From: Labilithrix sp.
GTDB lineage: Bacteria; Myxococcota_A; Polyangia; Polyangiales; Polyangiaceae
Assembly: GCA_019637155.1 (NCBI GenBank)
Contig: JAHBWE010000017.1
Location: 1-64,000, forward strand
DNA length: 64,000 nt
Reading direction: 5' to 3'
The translations under genes were made by a program, and so were the position numbers. Each line of letters starts with the position of its first letter. The stretch's first letter is position 1. Below, piece after piece: positions 8,862 to 17,863 of the stretch. Below the pieces are notes generated by a model. That model was given only the letters and a program-made list of their open reading frames with translations, was not told where the DNA came from and searched no databases.

Positions 8862-9263
8862 TCGCCAACCTCGCGAAGGCGAGGCGGGCCGAACATCTTG
8901 TCGAATAGCCTTCGTGCGGGAGGGTCCAGGTGGGCGCGCACCGAAGTCCGGAAGGCCTCGTCCTCCCGGGCGCGAACGCAGAGGGCAACCCAGCGTCGGC
9001 CGCGGCGGGTGAGGCACACGGAACACGCCCCGGTGCTCGGATCGAGGCGCCTGGGTCGGGCCAGACAAGCCCTACATGCCCCGATTCTCGCCGGCGCTGT
9101 CATTACGGGGCGCCCGTCCTTGCGTTCGGCGGCATTTCGGACGCGCTCGGAGGGGACGGGACGCCCGCGGGTGCCTTCGGCGAGTGCGAGACAGACGGAA
9201 GGCCGGCGGATCCGCTTCCGTCCCAGGTGATGCAGACGTAGAGCAGGAGTAAAGCGAGGAACA

Positions 9264-9860
9264 TCATGGGGCGGTACACGGATCCTCCCGACCGACTGTT
9301 GACCCGTCCGCGACGGCTCCGCTGATGAAGCCTGCCCGAACAGTCTTGCCCCAACGGGCGTGCGAGCCAAAGCGCCGGGCGTACCCGTCGGCGATGTGGA
9401 GCAGTCGCCGTCGCAACCTCGGATCCTCGGACGCGCGGATGATGGCGAGCTGCCAGCTCGTAGGCATTGCGCCATCGAAGTCCCGAAGGCCGATCAACAC
9501 GCGCACCGCCGACACGAACGTCTCGACGTGCCCCTGTGCGTGGGCGCGGTCCGCCGCACGCCGGGTCCACTCCGTGATCCGCTCGTGGTCGCCGAGCGCG
9601 TCGCGGAGCCCCAAGAGTAGAGACCGGACGACGGCCGCAAGATCGAGTGATCGGTGCACCGCCGTGAGGACGTCGGTTACGACGGCCTCGTCAATGTTCT
9701 CCCGAAGAAGGAATGCGAGCGCCCTGGCGGCGGCCTTTCGCGTCCGCTCGTCGAGTCGATGGTCGGCCACATCGCGGAGAACGCGAGCGTAGAGGCTTTC
9801 GAAGGCCGGGTGCTCGAACGCGCTCTCCGGCCCGCGTCGCGCCGATACAGGGGCGCTCAT
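9264..9860 (-). CDS. hypothetical protein
   Basis: Start MSAPVS overlaps stop of upstream gene (ATGA at 9857-9860). Confidence 0.4.
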   Translation of the reverse strand: MSAPVSARRGPESAFEHPAFESLYARVLRDVADHRLDERTRKAAARALAFLLRENIDEAVVTDVLTAVHRSLDLAAVVRSLLLGLRDALGDHERITEWTRRAADRAHAQGHVETFVSAVRVLIGLRDFDGAMPTSWQLAIIRASEDPRLRRRLLHIADGYARRFGSHARWGKTVRAGFISGAVADGSTVGREDPCTAP

Positions 9861-10486
9861 GGATCGACTCGCTTGCACACGGCGCACTGGATCTCGTACT
9901 CCAGCGAACAGTCGGTGCTGTACGCGTTGGCGAGGCGCTCGTCCGAGCGAAGAAGGCGCAACCAGTCAGGCAGCGGCGCGCTCTCTTGCTCCAGCCTCCT
10001 CGCGCAGTGGAACGCGATCAGATGGAGCGGCACGTGCGCGTTCGGCATCTCGTGGGCGGCTCGGACGCCTCGCTCCCATTCCGGACTGAGCGTTGGTTCG
10101 ACACCGTCGAGCCGCACGGCGACGTGCGCGAGCCAGGCGAACGTGGCCCAGTGCTCGCCACGGAGGGCCCGGTCGGCGAGGTTGACCACCCAGTCGACGA
10201 GACGCTTCCAGGTACCGTCGGCGCTACGGCAGCCGCCGCAGCTCCAGACGCCGCGGATGAGGCGCTGCACGGCTTCCGGCGAGTCGAGTACCTTGCGGGC
10301 CGTCGACAGCGTCTCGGCAAGGCGCTGCTCCGTCTCGGGGAGGTGCTCCAGGGCGTGCTCGGCGACGCGCGCCCACGCGATCCTCTGGCCCGGCGTTGTC
10401 GCGGGCGACCGGATCTCGCGGAGGGCCTGCGTGAGCAGGCTGTCGTAGACGGCGACCACGTCGCCGTCGGACCGTTCGGGAACCAT
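9857..10486 (-). CDS. hypothetical protein (209 aa)
   Basis: Varied composition with W/C/H; translationally coupled to downstream gene. Confidence 0.4.
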   Translation of the reverse strand: MVPERSDGDVVAVYDSLLTQALREIRSPATTPGQRIAWARVAEHALEHLPETEQRLAETLSTARKVLDSPEAVQRLIRGVWSCGGCRSADGTWKRLVDWVVNLADRALRGEHWATFAWLAHVAVRLDGVEPTLSPEWERGVRAAHEMPNAHVPLHLIAFHCARRLEQESAPLPDWLRLLRSDERLANAYSTDCSLEYEIQCAVCKRVDP

Positions 10487-10555
10487 CCTCCCTGATACGT
10501 TTGAGCGAGCCCGACCTCCGGACTGACACCGCGCGTCACGGAATCCGAAGTGCGG

Positions 10556-10888
10556 TCACCACGCCCGGCTGCGAAGCATCTCGACCAAGAGGTCAGCGGC
10601 GAGCGTCTCGGCGGGAACCTCCCCGTCCTCGGCGAGCTCGGCGAGGAGCGCCCACTCGAACTCGGGAAGCGCGACGCGGAGCGTTCCCGCGGGCGCGTGT
10701 GCCTTCAGCTTGGTGATTCGGCACGCGCTGGACTTGGCGATGCCGAACCTCCCGGCGATCTCGGCGAGGGGCGCACCGTTCGCGCGGAGCCGGCGGACCT
10801 CCTCGGCCTGGCCGGGGGAGAGCTTCGCGGCGAACGGGTGCGGGCGGGAATTCATCGCCGGGACGGCGGGACAAGAGGGCGATGCCAC
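10556..10888 (-). CDS. small HTH_7 (resolvase/Hin-like) helix-turn-helix protein
   Basis: LSPGQAEEVRRLRANGAPLAEIAGRFGIAKSSACRI resembles resolvase C-terminal HTH. Confidence 0.5.
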   Translation of the reverse strand: MASPSCPAVPAMNSRPHPFAAKLSPGQAEEVRRLRANGAPLAEIAGRFGIAKSSACRITKLKAHAPAGTLRVALPEFEWALLAELAEDGEVPAETLAADLLVEMLRSRAW

Positions 10889-11014
10889 GAGGGATCAGAG
10901 GAACTCGTCCGAGAGCTCGTCGCTTCGGTCCGTGGCCGACTCGTGATCGAACGCGCGGAGGACGTCATCGTCGCGCGAGGGCGATGGTCACGCCGCTGCG
11001 TAGTCGGACAGAGT

Positions 11015-12382
11015 CTACACTTCCGGAGGGCTCGAGGCCGCCGCGCTTGCGGAGGTTTTTGCCGTCATCGCCCACGTCGCGCCGGACGGCGTCGTCCGAG
11101 CCCGGTTCGAATGGCCAACGAGCTCGAGGATCGCCTCGGCCGCCGCGCCGGGACCGTCGGCCTTCGCGTAGATCGCGCGGATACGCTCCGCGGCGAGCTT
11201 GAAGCTCGCATCGCCGAGGACCTCCTTCACCATCGCCGTCATGCGCGGAGAGATCGCGTCCTCCTGAGAGACTCGGCGCGCCGCACCATGGCGCTCCATC
11301 TCCACGATGTTGAAGTCCTGCTCGGGCTGCAGCGGGATGCCGAGGAAGGGTGTGCCGCCGGCCATCGCCGTCTGCACGCTCCCCTGCCCTCCCGCGATGA
11401 TTGCTAGATTCACGCGCGGCATGATGCGATGGCTCGGGAGAATCTTTTCGACAATCACGTCCTCTCCCGCGAGATCATCGAGGTCGTGCACCGTCGACGC
11501 GACGACGACCCTCACGTCGGCGGCCCTCGCTCCTTGGACCACCCCGCGAATCAGGCTCTCCGGCGTCGAGGTCATCGCGACGTAGACCGTCGGTCGATCG
11601 GCTCCGGCATTCAGGAACTGCTCCACTCGCTCGGGTACGGGGGCGGAGAGTTCCGCGAACAGCGGACCGACGTAGCGGAGCTTCGTCCCGGCGCGATAGC
11701 GCGAAGGATGAGGCTTCCATGCCTCGAGGTCGGCGGCCGAGATACCGAGCACCTCTGGACAATCGGTGACGAGGGTGAGATCGCCGAGGAGGAGCGCGGC
11801 GAAGCTCGGCACGATTTCAACGCCGAGCTCCTCCGCAAGCTCGTTGAACTGGCCGCAATAGAGCCTCGCGCGCGATGGGGCTGAGTTCGTGAGCCAGAGC
11901 GCGACCGACCTCGGTAGCCATCGGCCAAAGGGGATCGTGGAGCGGAGTGGGATGGGTGACAGATTCCGTTCGCACACGGGGGGGACCCATGATCCCGCGT
12001 GATCGGTCACGAGAGGGATGCCGGCGAGTCGGGTCGAGAGGAGCGTGGTCAGAGCAAACCCGGTCACGACGCAGCGGACGGCTCGCTCGCGAAGGAGCTT
12101 CGCCTCGAGCTCTACGAGCGCTCGCAGCTCCTCACGCTCGTAGAGGCGCGCGCGAGGATGCCCGATTCCGGGAATCGCGCCGAGAAATGCGCGTGCCCGC
12201 TCGTTCGACCATCCGGGGCCGAGGACCGTATACGGCACTCGCTCGTCATCGAGCACACGCGTGTATGGCCCACCGTGCGTCACGATGCACGCCTCTGCCC
12301 CACGCACGACGAGCGCCTTGTAGATGGCAAGCGCGCGCGAGGTCTCCGAAAGGAACGCTGCGTTCGGGACGAGACAGATCAT
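11015..12382 (-). CDS. UDP-glycosyltransferase, GT1 family (MGT-like)
   Basis: 455 aa; C-terminal GT-B donor-binding region with GGQGS motif and PQ..DQ signature; N-terminal acceptor domain. Confidence 0.85.
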   Translation of the reverse strand: MICLVPNAAFLSETSRALAIYKALVVRGAEACIVTHGGPYTRVLDDERVPYTVLGPGWSNERARAFLGAIPGIGHPRARLYEREELRALVELEAKLLRERAVRCVVTGFALTTLLSTRLAGIPLVTDHAGSWVPPVCERNLSPIPLRSTIPFGRWLPRSVALWLTNSAPSRARLYCGQFNELAEELGVEIVPSFAALLLGDLTLVTDCPEVLGISAADLEAWKPHPSRYRAGTKLRYVGPLFAELSAPVPERVEQFLNAGADRPTVYVAMTSTPESLIRGVVQGARAADVRVVVASTVHDLDDLAGEDVIVEKILPSHRIMPRVNLAIIAGGQGSVQTAMAGGTPFLGIPLQPEQDFNIVEMERHGAARRVSQEDAISPRMTAMVKEVLGDASFKLAAERIRAIYAKADGPGAAAEAILELVGHSNRARTTPSGATWAMTAKTSASAAASSPPEV

Positions 12383-12387
12383 GCCAG

Positions 12388-12400
12388 ATATGTAACATAT
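12388..12400. promoter_or_regulatory. Perfect palindrome ATATGT-a-ACATAT in 23-bp gap between divergent GT and MarR genes (putative MarR operator)
   Basis: Sequence read directly; only AT-rich element in the 23-bp intergenic region. Confidence 0.5.
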
Positions 12401-12405
12401 TACCT

Positions 12406-12906
12406 ATGTCGAGCAAGCCGACCGTCTCCGAGGAGCCGGGCCTCGCGTTCTCCGAGGAAGAAGTGGACGCGCTGAGCCAGGACAAGATCGTACGGCTCCA
12501 GACGTTCCGGCTCCTGATCGTCCTCGCGAACGGTCTACGGAACATGACCGACAAGCTCCTCGCCGCAGATGGCCTGACGACGCAGCAGGCAGCGGTACTC
12601 ACGATCGCGCGAGGTCTTGGGCGGCCGTCCTTCTCCGAGTGCGCTACCGCCCTCGCGACGAGCCACCAGAACGTGAAGCAGATCGCGCTCGCCCTCGAGC
12701 GAAAGGGGTTCGTTCGCATCGTGCCCGATCCGAACGACGGTCGAATTCGCCGACTCCAAACGACACCGAAGAACGATCGCTACTGGGCCAAACGCAACCC
12801 AAGCGACCACGCCGCCGTCCTCGCGACCTTCAACGCGCTCACACCGCACGAGGCGCGCACGCTGTTCCGGTTGCTGACGAAGTTGAAGACCGGGCTCGAG
12901 GGCTGA
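12406..12906 (+). CDS. MarR-family transcriptional regulator
   Basis: Winged-helix region LTTQQAAVLTIARGLGRPSFSECATALATSHQNVKQIALALERKGFV; divergent to GT gene. Confidence 0.85.
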   Translation: MSSKPTVSEEPGLAFSEEEVDALSQDKIVRLQTFRLLIVLANGLRNMTDKLLAADGLTTQQAAVLTIARGLGRPSFSECATALATSHQNVKQIALALERKGFVRIVPDPNDGRIRRLQTTPKNDRYWAKRNPSDHAAVLATFNALTPHEARTLFRLLTKLKTGLEG

Positions 12907-13205
12907 GCGCGCCGCCGAGCGTGCTGCCGAATGGCGCGCCGCCATGCGTGGAAGGCCGCGTTCTCTTGGACGACCTCGCTCGCCCTCCCGCCAGCATGGC
13001 CGCAACGCCACGACGGACGATGCTCGGCAGGTCGTCCGTGACGGTCGAGCCAGGCCACGACATCACTGAAGCTCTGTTCCCTCTTCCGCCCACACCGTTC
13101 CGGCCGCTTCCTCTCGCCGACCGCTACTGGTGTGGCGACTGGTGTGGCGCGCGCTCCCGGAGGCGCGTTTTGCCCATGTTCGTCGAGCGATCCCGCCCGC
13201 CTCTG

Positions 13206-13255
13206 CCACCTTGCCAAGGTGGACGTCGAGGGTTCGAATCCCTTCTCCCGCTCCA
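13206..13255 (+). tRNA. Truncated tRNA-Gly(GCC): anticodon arm, variable loop, T-arm, acceptor 3' strand and CCA only
   Basis: CCACC-TTGCCAA-GGTGG anticodon stem-loop, GAGGG-TTCGAAT-CCCTT T-arm, CTCCCGC-T-CCA end matches tRNA-Gly; no complementary GCGGGAG 5' strand or D-arm upstream. Confidence 0.6.
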
Positions 13256-13261
13256 CTCGAA

Positions 13262-13290
13262 GGCCGCCGATGGCGGCCTTTCGCGTTTCT
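13262..13290 (+). terminator. Intrinsic terminator following tRNA fragment
   Basis: GGCCGCC-gat-GGCGGCC stem-loop followed by TTTCGCGTTTCT. Confidence 0.6.
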
Positions 13291-13423
13291 GGACGTAACG
13301 GAGCGTTACGCCAGGATGGTCGGACCGGTGGTGTGGCGCCGGGCCGGACTGGTGTGGCGAGTGGTGTGGACCGCCGGACGTTGGAGACGACGCGCGCGAC
13401 TGATAGAAGCCGTCTCCAGCGCC

Positions 13424-14266
13424 ATGCGTGCGAGAGAAACTGCCAGCAATGAACGCGAAGCCCAGCTCCTGACCGAGCTCTCGGATCTCGTCCACGGCGT
13501 CACGATGCCGTTCGCGTGCGGTGGCACCCTGGTGCCGAGCAAGGCGGTGACGCTGCACCTGAAGAACGGGCTGGAGGTCCCCATTCGCCGCGCAGCCGGA
13601 GAACGCGATCGCGATCCCGCCGTCGAGGATCTCGTCGAGCGCTGCGCCCCCGCCCCGTTCGGAAAGGGCAAGAGAACGCTGTTCGGCAGGTCCGTGCGTG
13701 ACGCCCGCCAGCTCAAGGCGGAAGGCGGCGCGTTCTCGGTCGCGGGCTTCGATCCCGTTGAATCCGGTGTGCTCGAGAGCGTGAGACGCGAGTTCGTGCC
13801 GCACGATCCCAACCCGCTGACCGCAGAGCTGTACTGTCTGAACGTCTACTCGCAGGGAGGCCACTTCGAGCCGCACAAGGACACTCCCCGTGGCGACGAC
13901 ATGCTCGGGACGCTCGTCGTGTGCCTGCCCGCCCGCTTCCGCGGCGGGCAGCTCCTCGTCACCCACCGCGGGGCACCACGCAGCTTCGACTGGGCACGCA
14001 AGGTCGAGGAGCAACTACCGGCACCGATGAGCGCGGAGGAGATCGACAATCCGGTTCCCGATCGGCCGGCTGTGCAACACTTCCACGGCTGCGAATACAG
14101 CGCGACGGGCTATTTCGGCAACGAGGGTGGCGACACGGACTTCTATGTCTACGCCGCGCTCCACGTGGAATGCCCGCCCTGGCCAAAACGGGCCGCACGG
14201 AGCAAGGCCGCAGCCCGGGAGAAGGCGCCGAGACGGGCTGTGAGAGCGACGCGTCGGGCGCCCTGA
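13424..14266 (+). CDS. 2OG-Fe(II) oxygenase superfamily protein (prolyl-4-hydroxylase-like)
   Basis: HFEPHKDT (HxD) ... LVTHRG motif arrangement typical of P4H-type double-stranded beta-helix. Confidence 0.7.
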   Translation: MRARETASNEREAQLLTELSDLVHGVTMPFACGGTLVPSKAVTLHLKNGLEVPIRRAAGERDRDPAVEDLVERCAPAPFGKGKRTLFGRSVRDARQLKAEGGAFSVAGFDPVESGVLESVRREFVPHDPNPLTAELYCLNVYSQGGHFEPHKDTPRGDDMLGTLVVCLPARFRGGQLLVTHRGAPRSFDWARKVEEQLPAPMSAEEIDNPVPDRPAVQHFHGCEYSATGYFGNEGGDTDFYVYAALHVECPPWPKRAARSKAAAREKAPRRAVRATRRAP

Positions 14267-14298
14267 CCGGGCACGACAGAGTGACAGGTCGGACCGCC

Positions 14299-14625
14299 AT
14301 GGCGAAGTCGCGGAGTCGCACGTCGAAGCAGAAGCGTCGCGACCGGAAGCGACGGGACGCGATCGCCGCCCATCCGCGAAGGCTCGCGCACGAGACGATG
14401 GTGCTCGTGGCCCCGCCCTGGGCGGACGTCGTTCGCAAGCTCATCGAGCGAATGCGCCCCTCTCCTGGTGCCGTTCCGATCCTCGCCGAGGAGCAGGACA
14501 TCGGCTCCGATCCAGAGTTTGTGGCGATGTTGGACGGCCGCTTCGCCCTCGAGACACAAGGCTTCGGCTGGAGTAGAGACCTGGCCCTCGCCAACGTGCA
14601 GTGTCTCTGCACCCTTGCCGAGTGA
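14299..14625 (+). CDS. hypothetical protein with basic N-terminus
   Basis: Internal Met of ORF 13921..14625; protein-like C-terminal region. Confidence 0.35.
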   Translation: MAKSRSRTSKQKRRDRKRRDAIAAHPRRLAHETMVLVAPPWADVVRKLIERMRPSPGAVPILAEEQDIGSDPEFVAMLDGRFALETQGFGWSRDLALANVQCLCTLAE

Positions 14626-15184
14626 GCTCCGGGTTGCGTTTCTTGCCGACGCCTTCGACGGCGATTGGCCGTACCTCGTGACGCGCGAAGTTCCTCTCGA
14701 AGGCAAGCGAAACCTCGATGAGATCCTCGCGAGCCATCCCGAGCCCGACGAGCCGGAGAGACCAAAGGATCCGTTCTTCGACAGCAAGGAGATGCGTGAC
14801 CTCCTGCACCTCGTGATCAACGCCGTGCTCTACGCGACATCGAGTGAGTTCACCTCGGAGGTTCGACGACCGCCCGCACCCGGCATGCTCGGTCCACGCG
14901 GCAAACCCCTCGAGTTGTCTGGCGAGACCGTGTTCTTTCTCCCGAACCGCATCCTCGTCGGTCCGCCGACGGATACAAGCGCCCTTCCAGCGGGCCGACC
15001 TGGACATAAGATCGAGAAGCGCTTCTGGGTGCGAGGACACTGGCGCAAGCCGAACCCGAGCTGGGAGGATCAACGGCTTCGTTGGATAGCACCGTACTTG
15101 AAGGGCCCCGAGATGACCGCGATCATCGAACGGGCGTACGAGTTGAAGGCAAGGGCTCGGAAAGATGAACGGAACCCCGATTGA
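14611..15184 (+). CDS. hypothetical protein (start uncertain; may be fused to preceding ORF by frameshift)
   Basis: Frame-2 ORF with balanced composition (DPFFDSKEMRDLLHLVINAVLY...) and no ATG near its likely start. Confidence 0.3.
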
Positions 15185-15593
15185 TCGGGCTCACGCGTCG
15201 TGTCGCTTCGCTCTCTCGCGATATTCCTCGACGGCCCCCCAGAACTCCCCCTTGTCCTCCTCCGAGTAGAGATGCTGGTTCTCCTCCATGAGTATCACTC
15301 CCGTCTTCGCAATCGCGAAAGCGATCTCGGGGCGGACCCCAGCCTCCACCGCCGCCGCCTCCAATGCGTTCGGGTCGGGCGTCGGCTGATCGGCGTCGGG
15401 GTCGAAGAAGACCGGATCGTTGGGACCGGGATTGGAACAGGCTGTGGATTTGCCGCTATCGAGCCCTATCGAGCCCTACCCGATGCAGCATGGTCCGTCG
15501 GGCCGTGCACACGCCTACACAGACCGGGATGCCTCTGAGACGGAACGGACAGCGACCAATACCTGGCGTGAGAGTATTGCTCAAAGCGCTTTG

Positions 15594-15900
15594 TCAGCGA
15601 CGAGGAGACGGGGCGCAAGAAGCTCCAATCTCTTCGGCCGAGGCGACAATCACCGCCTTGCGGATCCAGCGGTCGAGGAGCGCCACGTCAGAACAGCCGA
15701 GGATGCGCTCCTTCTGCTCGGCGGAGACGGCGATGCCGCGCGCGTCGAGGACGGTGAGCACGGCGGTCGCTTCGCCGTCCGCCTTGCCCGCGGCGCGGTG
15801 CTCCTTGAGGTGCTTCTTGAAGAAGTCGCTCTGGAACTCGTAGTTGCCTGGGCCATGAGATCCTCGAATGCGGCGCGCGCAACGTCGCCGAGTGAGATGC
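15594..15900 (-). pseudogene. C-terminal fragment of DUF4351 / Rpn-family (PD-(D/E)XK transposase-like) protein, frameshifted
   Basis: EATAVLTVLDARGIAVSAEQKERILGCSDVALLDRWIRKAVIVASAEEI is the conserved myxobacterial DUF4351 C-terminus; N-terminal nuclease part absent; MPYFDLIGISLG...DLMAQ continues in another frame. Confidence 0.55.
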
Positions 15901-16011
15901 CGATAAGATCGAAGTATGGCATGGCGCGCTCGTCGTCGAGGCGGCGGCGCGAACTTTTCGCGCGGCGCGATGGCCCCTCTGCGGTAGGTCGGCGGCGAGC
16001 TACACTCGATG

Positions 16012-16090
16012 GGGTGAGCGAGTCCCCGTTCCTCACCGAGCGCGCGCGGATCCGAGCGCCGGTCGTGATGTCGTTCGCCGCTGCCGCCGG
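16012..16090. repeat. Copy A of ~78-bp dispersed repeat (about 90% identical to 20925-21005)
   Basis: ggtgagcgagtccccgttcctcaccgagcgcgcgcggatccgagcgccggtcgtgatgtcgttcgccgctgccgcc aligned by eye to copy B. Confidence 0.8.
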
Positions 16091-16391
16091 AGCCGCGCTG
16101 CTCGTTTCGCCACATGGCGAGGTCGTTCTCGCCGACGGAGCACTTGGCGAGGTCGATGCGATGCACATCGCGCGGCGGGCCGACCGCCCGATGAGCGACG
16201 AAGAGCGTCGCGCTATCGCCGAAGCTCGGGCGAACCCGCAATGGGTCCACGGCGACATCGTCTCCGCGGAGATCGCCGAGCGGCACGACGTGAGGCGAAG
16301 GCGCGACGCGAGGGATGAGGCAGGTTTGGTGGGCGGCGCGGCGAGCGCCTCGCCGCGACCGACCTCTCGAGTTCCCAGCTCGATTCAATAG
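16018..16391 (+). CDS. hypothetical protein (GTG start) whose N-terminus lies in dispersed repeat
   Basis: N-terminal SESPFLTERARIRAPVVMSFAAAAG conserved with ORF at 20927; weak. Confidence 0.25.
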
Positions 16392-16418
16392 AAGTCGTTC
16401 GTGCGATACGCTGCATCC

Positions 16419-16631
16419 ATGTCGGCAGCTTTACTCGGGCGCGTTCACGGTGCGGTGATCGAGCTCGACGCCCCCGTCCCCGAGCTGGAAGGCCAGCGCG
16501 TTCGACTCATCGTCGAGACGGTCGATGAGTCCGCCGACCCGAAGATGCTGCAGGCAGCGTGGGACGCGTGGCTCGTCCGATCACCCGACGGACCCATCGT
16601 GGACGAGGATGACGACCCGGAGTTCCCGTGA
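16419..16631 (+). CDS. putative type II antitoxin (MazE/AbrB-like)
   Basis: Small acidic protein immediately upstream of and overlapping (GTGA) a MazF-like toxin gene. Confidence 0.5.
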   Translation: MSAALLGRVHGAVIELDAPVPELEGQRVRLIVETVDESADPKMLQAAWDAWLVRSPDGPIVDEDDDPEFP

Positions 16632-16947
16632 TTCGGCGCGGCCAAATCCGATGGTTTCGGTTCTCGCTCCCCGACAAGCGGCGGCCGGTCCTCGTGCTCG
16701 GCCGTGATGACGTGCTGCCATCACTCGCGCAGATCCCCGTCATTCCGATCTCGAGTCAGGTGCGTGGGCTCGCATGGGAGGTGTCCCTCGGCAGCCCGAT
16801 GGGCTTCCGTCGACCTGCGTTCTCAAACCCGAGTGGATTCGGATTGTCGACCGCCCCCACCTCGGCCCGCTCATCGCAACGATGCCGGAGGCGCGTTGGG
16901 GCGACGTGCGGCGCGCCCTCCTCGATGTACTCGGACTGGACGGCTAG
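16628..16947 (+). pseudogene. mazF: MazF/PemK-family mRNA interferase toxin gene with apparent -1 frameshift near 16800
   Basis: Frame 2 gives IRWFRFSLPDKRRPVLVLGRDDVLPSLAQIPVIPISSQVRGLAWEVSLGSP; frame 1 continues DGLPSTCVLKPEWIRIVDRPHLGPLIATMPEARWGDVRRALLDVLGLDG*; together a 107-aa MazF. Confidence 0.7.
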
Positions 16948-16984
16948 CCGCTCGGCGACCGCAGGCAAGGAAGGAGCGGCGGCG

Positions 16985-17287
16985 ATGATCGCGAGCGGAG
17001 TCTCCGCGTCCGGTCTCGTGCTCCGCTCGCCGCAGGAACGCGACCTCCTCGCGCTCCTCGACGACATCTGCCGCCGCCGCGCCGTCACCCGCGACGACGT
17101 CTGCGGCGTCATGCGGACGAAGGCTATCGTGCGCGCTCGTCACGAGCTCTGGTGGTCTCTCCGCCATCACGCCGATCGCTTCTTCAGCTTCGAGGAGATC
17201 GGCCGCCTCTTCCGTCGCGATCATGCCACCGTCCTTCACGGCGTTCGCGCTCACGCGCTACGCCTCGGCGAGCGCGCCGCGACGTAG
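16985..17287 (+). CDS. small protein with DnaA domain-IV-like HTH
   Basis: AAGGAG SD 9 nt upstream; SFEEIGRLFRRDHATVLHGVRAHALRL resembles DnaA C-terminal DNA-binding helix (cf. IGxxFGxRDHTTV). Confidence 0.55.
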   Translation: MIASGVSASGLVLRSPQERDLLALLDDICRRRAVTRDDVCGVMRTKAIVRARHELWWSLRHHADRFFSFEEIGRLFRRDHATVLHGVRAHALRLGERAAT

Positions 17288-17296
17288 TCGACGATC

Positions 17297-17333
17297 GCAG
17301 CAGGACCGACCCTTCCCGCGTCGGTCCTGCTGC
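17297..17333 (+). terminator. Perfect 14-bp GC-rich stem hairpin after DnaA-HTH gene
   Basis: GCAGCAGGACCGAC-ccttcccgc-GTCGGTCCTGCTGC; weak T tract downstream. Confidence 0.45.
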
Positions 17334-17536
17334 GGCTTGCTCCGATTTCTCCGGATCTTCGCGCTCGTCAACAGGTGTGGACGCGAGCGCGCCTTGTCCG
17401 CGCTCGCACATGGCCTATCGGCCTCGTGAGCACCTCGAGGTAGCACGGGCGCGGGCCCTGACGCCGCCGGTGCCCGTACCCACCGCGGGGATGGTGCTCG
17501 CGGACCGCTACCGCATCGCGATGCTCGCCAACGGTC

Positions 17537-17740
17537 GTGTACGTTGGCGGCGACACCCAGCTTGAGGTCGTGGCGCCGAACGCGCGCTCGATGATGGCCC
17601 GAACGCTCCTGGGCGAGCACGTCTTCTTTTGCCCGGAGACGAAGAAGGTCGAGGTCGACGGCGCGCGAGGCCAGGCGATCGCGAAGCTCCTCCGCCTCCG
17701 CGCCGTCGCCGAGGCGAGCGATGCGACGGAGCGATGGTGA
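17537..17740 (+). CDS. small hypothetical ORF
   Basis: Balanced composition; may belong to 17152..17565 frame by frameshift. Confidence 0.2.
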   Translation: MYVGGDTQLEVVAPNARSMMARTLLGEHVFFCPETKKVEVDGARGQAIAKLLRLRAVAEASDATERW

Positions 17741-17863
17741 AGTGACGCGACGACGTTCGTCGTCGAGAGGACGCGGAGGCGTACGTCCAGCACGACCGTC
17801 GCCCATGCGCCGAGAGGACGGTTGCCGAAGCTGCGCGCGCCCATGCTTCGCGGTGAGAGCACT

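Larger units (their letters stand above)
1..13255. mobile_element. Putative integrated element / genomic island (left end beyond window), ending at tRNA-Gly 3' fragment
   Basis: Serine recombinase, HTH_7-like and XRE HTH proteins, many small hypothetical ORFs, AT-richer non-coding stretch 1100-1700, truncated tRNA-Gly 3' half with flanking direct repeats at 13127-13370. Confidence 0.35.
13127..13370. repeat. Five copies of GGTGTGG(C/A) direct repeat flanking tRNA fragment (two tandem at 13127-13150, three at 13326-13370)
   Basis: ctggtgtggcga ctggtgtggcgc ... ggtggtgtggcg ... ctggtgtggcga gtggtgtgga read directly. Confidence 0.8.

Noticed and set aside
13180-13255. Complete tRNA-Gly gene
   Set aside because: No sequence complementary to the acceptor 3' strand (need GCGGGAG) and no D-arm upstream of the anticodon stem; only positions ~27-76 are tRNA-like.
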